64,000 nt of DNA from Nemertoderma westbladi (taxonomy: Eukaryota; Animalia; Xenacoelomorpha), in NCBI GenBank assembly GCA_032718475.1, contig JAUCBJ010007358.1:1-64000 (forward strand), given 5' to 3'. The notes beneath the pieces were generated by a model. The model made no database searches and was not told the origin of the DNA. It saw only the letters and a program-made list of their open reading frames with translations. Made by a program: the position numbers and the translations under genes. Positions 62,059 to 64,000 of this stretch are shown one piece after another; position 1 is the first letter of the stretch; each line of letters opens with the position of its first letter.

Positions 62059-62307
62059 CATTATGGGGCTGTTGTTGCGACGAAAATTGATTCCATTGTC
62101 ACTGACTTCAACGTTCACGTTGTTTTTACTTCCAACACCTGTGACTCCATTGTTGTGACTTTTAAACGGCTCACCAATGTCACAGTAATCGGTTGCGCTG
62201 CTGCTTCTAGACACACCAGGAGCAGCACCCAACGTGGAGGTACCGGTACCACCAGATGCTGAACCCAATGTTGTAGCTGTTGGCCGACAACAAACCTCGC
62301 CCTGCAT
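62059..62307 (-). CDS. RNF19A: RNF19-like putative first coding exon
   Basis: ATG at 62307, 83 open codons, donor ATG|gttagt in phase 0 matching exon 2. Low-complexity sequence, so there is no homology support. Confidence 0.6.
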
Positions 62308-62994
62308 AATGTATAGGAGGTGATAGGCCTACCGGAAATCAGAAATTATATCGCGTTTTGTCTGAATCCAGAATCAATCAGTTCAGCCTCAGCATAACAC
62401 CAGACTGCCAGAACGAGAACAGTAGAGTGTACCGAGTAGTGCATAGTGAGTAGACCTACCTGTCCTGTAGCCTACCGTATGACTGTATGTCTGTATGACC
62501 GTTAGCAGTTAGTGCAGTAGTGCTGTAGTGGTAGCAGTGGACTGTCTGAGTGTCTGCCTGTGGCTGTCAGGCTGTGGGTCTACATGTGGTAATAATCGGT
62601 TTCAACTTTCATTCAAGGCCCTCCGGCCTCCAGTCTGCCAGTGTCCAGGCAAGGCTCGAGTCGGGGATTTTTAGCCTATACAGGCTGAAGGGCGAAGGGC
62701 CTAGTGCTGTAGTCGTGTAGTTGTAGTGTAGGCCTATGCTGCTATGAATTTCGTAACCAAACTACTGCTACAGTGCTGTAGCCTGTAGGCAGGTAGGCCT
62801 ACTGCTATTCCAGTATTCGAAATAATTAGAAACTGGCTGACTGGCAACAGCAACGAACCGACGAACAGGGCAATAATAATTAGGCCTATTAAACGGTCCT
62901 ACTAAAAACCGCAACTTACCGCAATTTACCGCAACTTACCGCAATTTACCGCAACTAACCGCAATTTACCGCAACTAGTTGTTATTTTCAAGCA

Positions 62995-63065
62995 GCTGCA
63001 TGGTCCAGTGGCGAAATTCCTGGGCTTCCAATTAGGAGGCCCCGGTTCGATCCCTTGCTGCCTTG
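62995..63065 (+). pseudogene. tRNA-Gly-like pseudo-tRNA cassette
   Basis: A box tggtccagtgg, cttcca loop, ggaggccccggttcgatccc B box. The acceptor stem is degenerate. Confidence 0.55.
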
Positions 63066-63390
63066 ACAGCTTGACAGTGCAGCACTGTTTTCTGTTTGTG
63101 CAGTGTTTTAAAAACGGTCCTACGAATTACCCCAAACCAGAATAGGCCCCTACCCCGAAATACTTGTTTTTCACTCTCGTTTATTGTTTTGGTTAGAAAA
63201 ACTTGCCACTGTAACCTGCTCCTTTCCCTCACTGTTTCTAAACATTGTTGTCCTATTTTGGGGTAGGCCTAATTCGTAGGACCCTCTAACAGTCTAATGT
63301 TAACATATCTTGGTTTTATATTGATCATACTGTCATATTACAGCATTAATTATAAATTTTGTCGTTTTTAAAACACTGCAAAAACAGCGT

Positions 63391-63462
63391 TGCCTGGTCA
63401 AGGGATCGAACCAGGGCCTCCTACGTGGAAGCGCAAGGTTTGTCACCACTAGACCACGAGGC
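63391..63462 (-). pseudogene. tRNA-Gly(TCC)-like pseudo-tRNA cassette
   Basis: GCCTCGTGGTCTAGTGGTGACAAACCTTGCGCTTCCACGTAGGAGGCCCTGGTTCGATCCCTTGACCAGGCA has A and B boxes, a 6/7 acceptor stem and an irregular anticodon loop, followed by TTTTT. Confidence 0.6.
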
Positions 63463-64000
63463 AGCTTGAAAATGACAATTAGTGATTAGTTGCGGTAAAT
63501 TGCGGTAAGTTGCGGTAAATTGCGGTAAGTTGCGGTAAATTGCGGTTAGTTGCGGTAAATTGCGGTTTTTACTGTTTTAGTAGGACCCCTATTACAGTAT
63601 TAAATGAAAAAGAAGAATTAAATTTCCAAAACAAAGGCTCAAAAAAAGTATTTTGGGGTAATTAAGTAATTCTAAACTATTTTGGGTTTGGGGTAGTTTT
63701 ATACTGTTTTGAGGTCTTGGCTGCTTGGGGTGGTTTGGGGTAATTCGTAGGACCAGGACCGAAAAATCATCAGAGAATTAGGCCTACTGCTGTACTGAAT
63801 TAGCCTAGGCTAATCTTGTCTGCTAATACTGTAATCAATCATCAATCATGATTTATGATCAAACTGTCACTGTCAACAAACTGTCACTGTCCTGCCAAGG
63901 CATTCAAGGCTGCAAGGGTGAAGGACAGGGCCACACAGCAAGGTAAAACGAACTTAGATCCTGCAAGGTCAGACTTTGATGAACATAGATCTTTGCGAAC

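Larger units (their letters stand above)
16809..62307 (-). other. RNF19A: Span of RNF19A/B (Dorfin)-like RBR E3 ubiquitin ligase gene; 10 coding exons, 664 aa predicted
   Basis: Exons 62059-62307, 56411-56555, 52408-52586, 46004-46415, 29638-29779, 29145-29307, 23211-23340, 22947-23114, 20899-21115 and 16809-16998 sum to 1995 nt. All introns are GT-AG with compatible phases (0,1,0,1,2,0,1,1,2) and there are no internal stops. A versus B orthology cannot be resolved. Confidence 0.9.
62895..63587. mobile_element. MITE with GGTCCTAC termini, (ACCGCAA.TT)n subterminal repeats and two inverted tRNA-like cassettes
   Basis: ggtcctactaaaa ... ttttagtaggacc. The 10-bp repeats at 62908-62975 are mirrored at 63488-63567. 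cctatta lies in both flanks. A smaller ggtcctacgaatta/aattcgtaggacc element is nested at ~63116-63283. Confidence 0.8.

Noticed and set aside
62995-63462. Functional tRNA-Gly genes
   Set aside because: Irregular anticodon arm and mismatched stems, and both are embedded symmetrically in a TIR element. Kept as pseudo-tRNA cassettes.

Overview
Repeat-rich eukaryotic (animal, probably invertebrate) genomic DNA. The backbone is a minus-strand, 10-exon RNF19A/B (Dorfin)-like RBR E3 ubiquitin ligase gene. I assembled it by hand from 62307 down to 16809: all introns are GT-AG, the phases are consistent, and the CDS is 1995 nt (664 aa) with RING1-IBR-RING2 and two hydrophobic segments. An intronless MKRN2OS/DUF4796-like gene is nested antisense in intron 6. 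Introns and flank contain two decayed Bel/Pao LTR retrotransposons, two RTE-type LINE families, CR1/L2 remnants, several MITE/TIR elements (a TTAA Kolobok-like one, a THAP P-like one, and one with two inverted tRNA-like cassettes) and nine minisatellite arrays. The most striking pattern is that several arrays are tandem amplifications of the gene's own splice junctions. Intron 3 (~6 kb) is almost entirely ~170 copies of the exon 4 3' splice site. The exon 4 donor is repeated ~29 times and the exon 8 donor ~63 times, and two other junctions carry two-copy duplications. Family assignments rest on remembered motifs, not database searches, and copy numbers are length/unit estimates.
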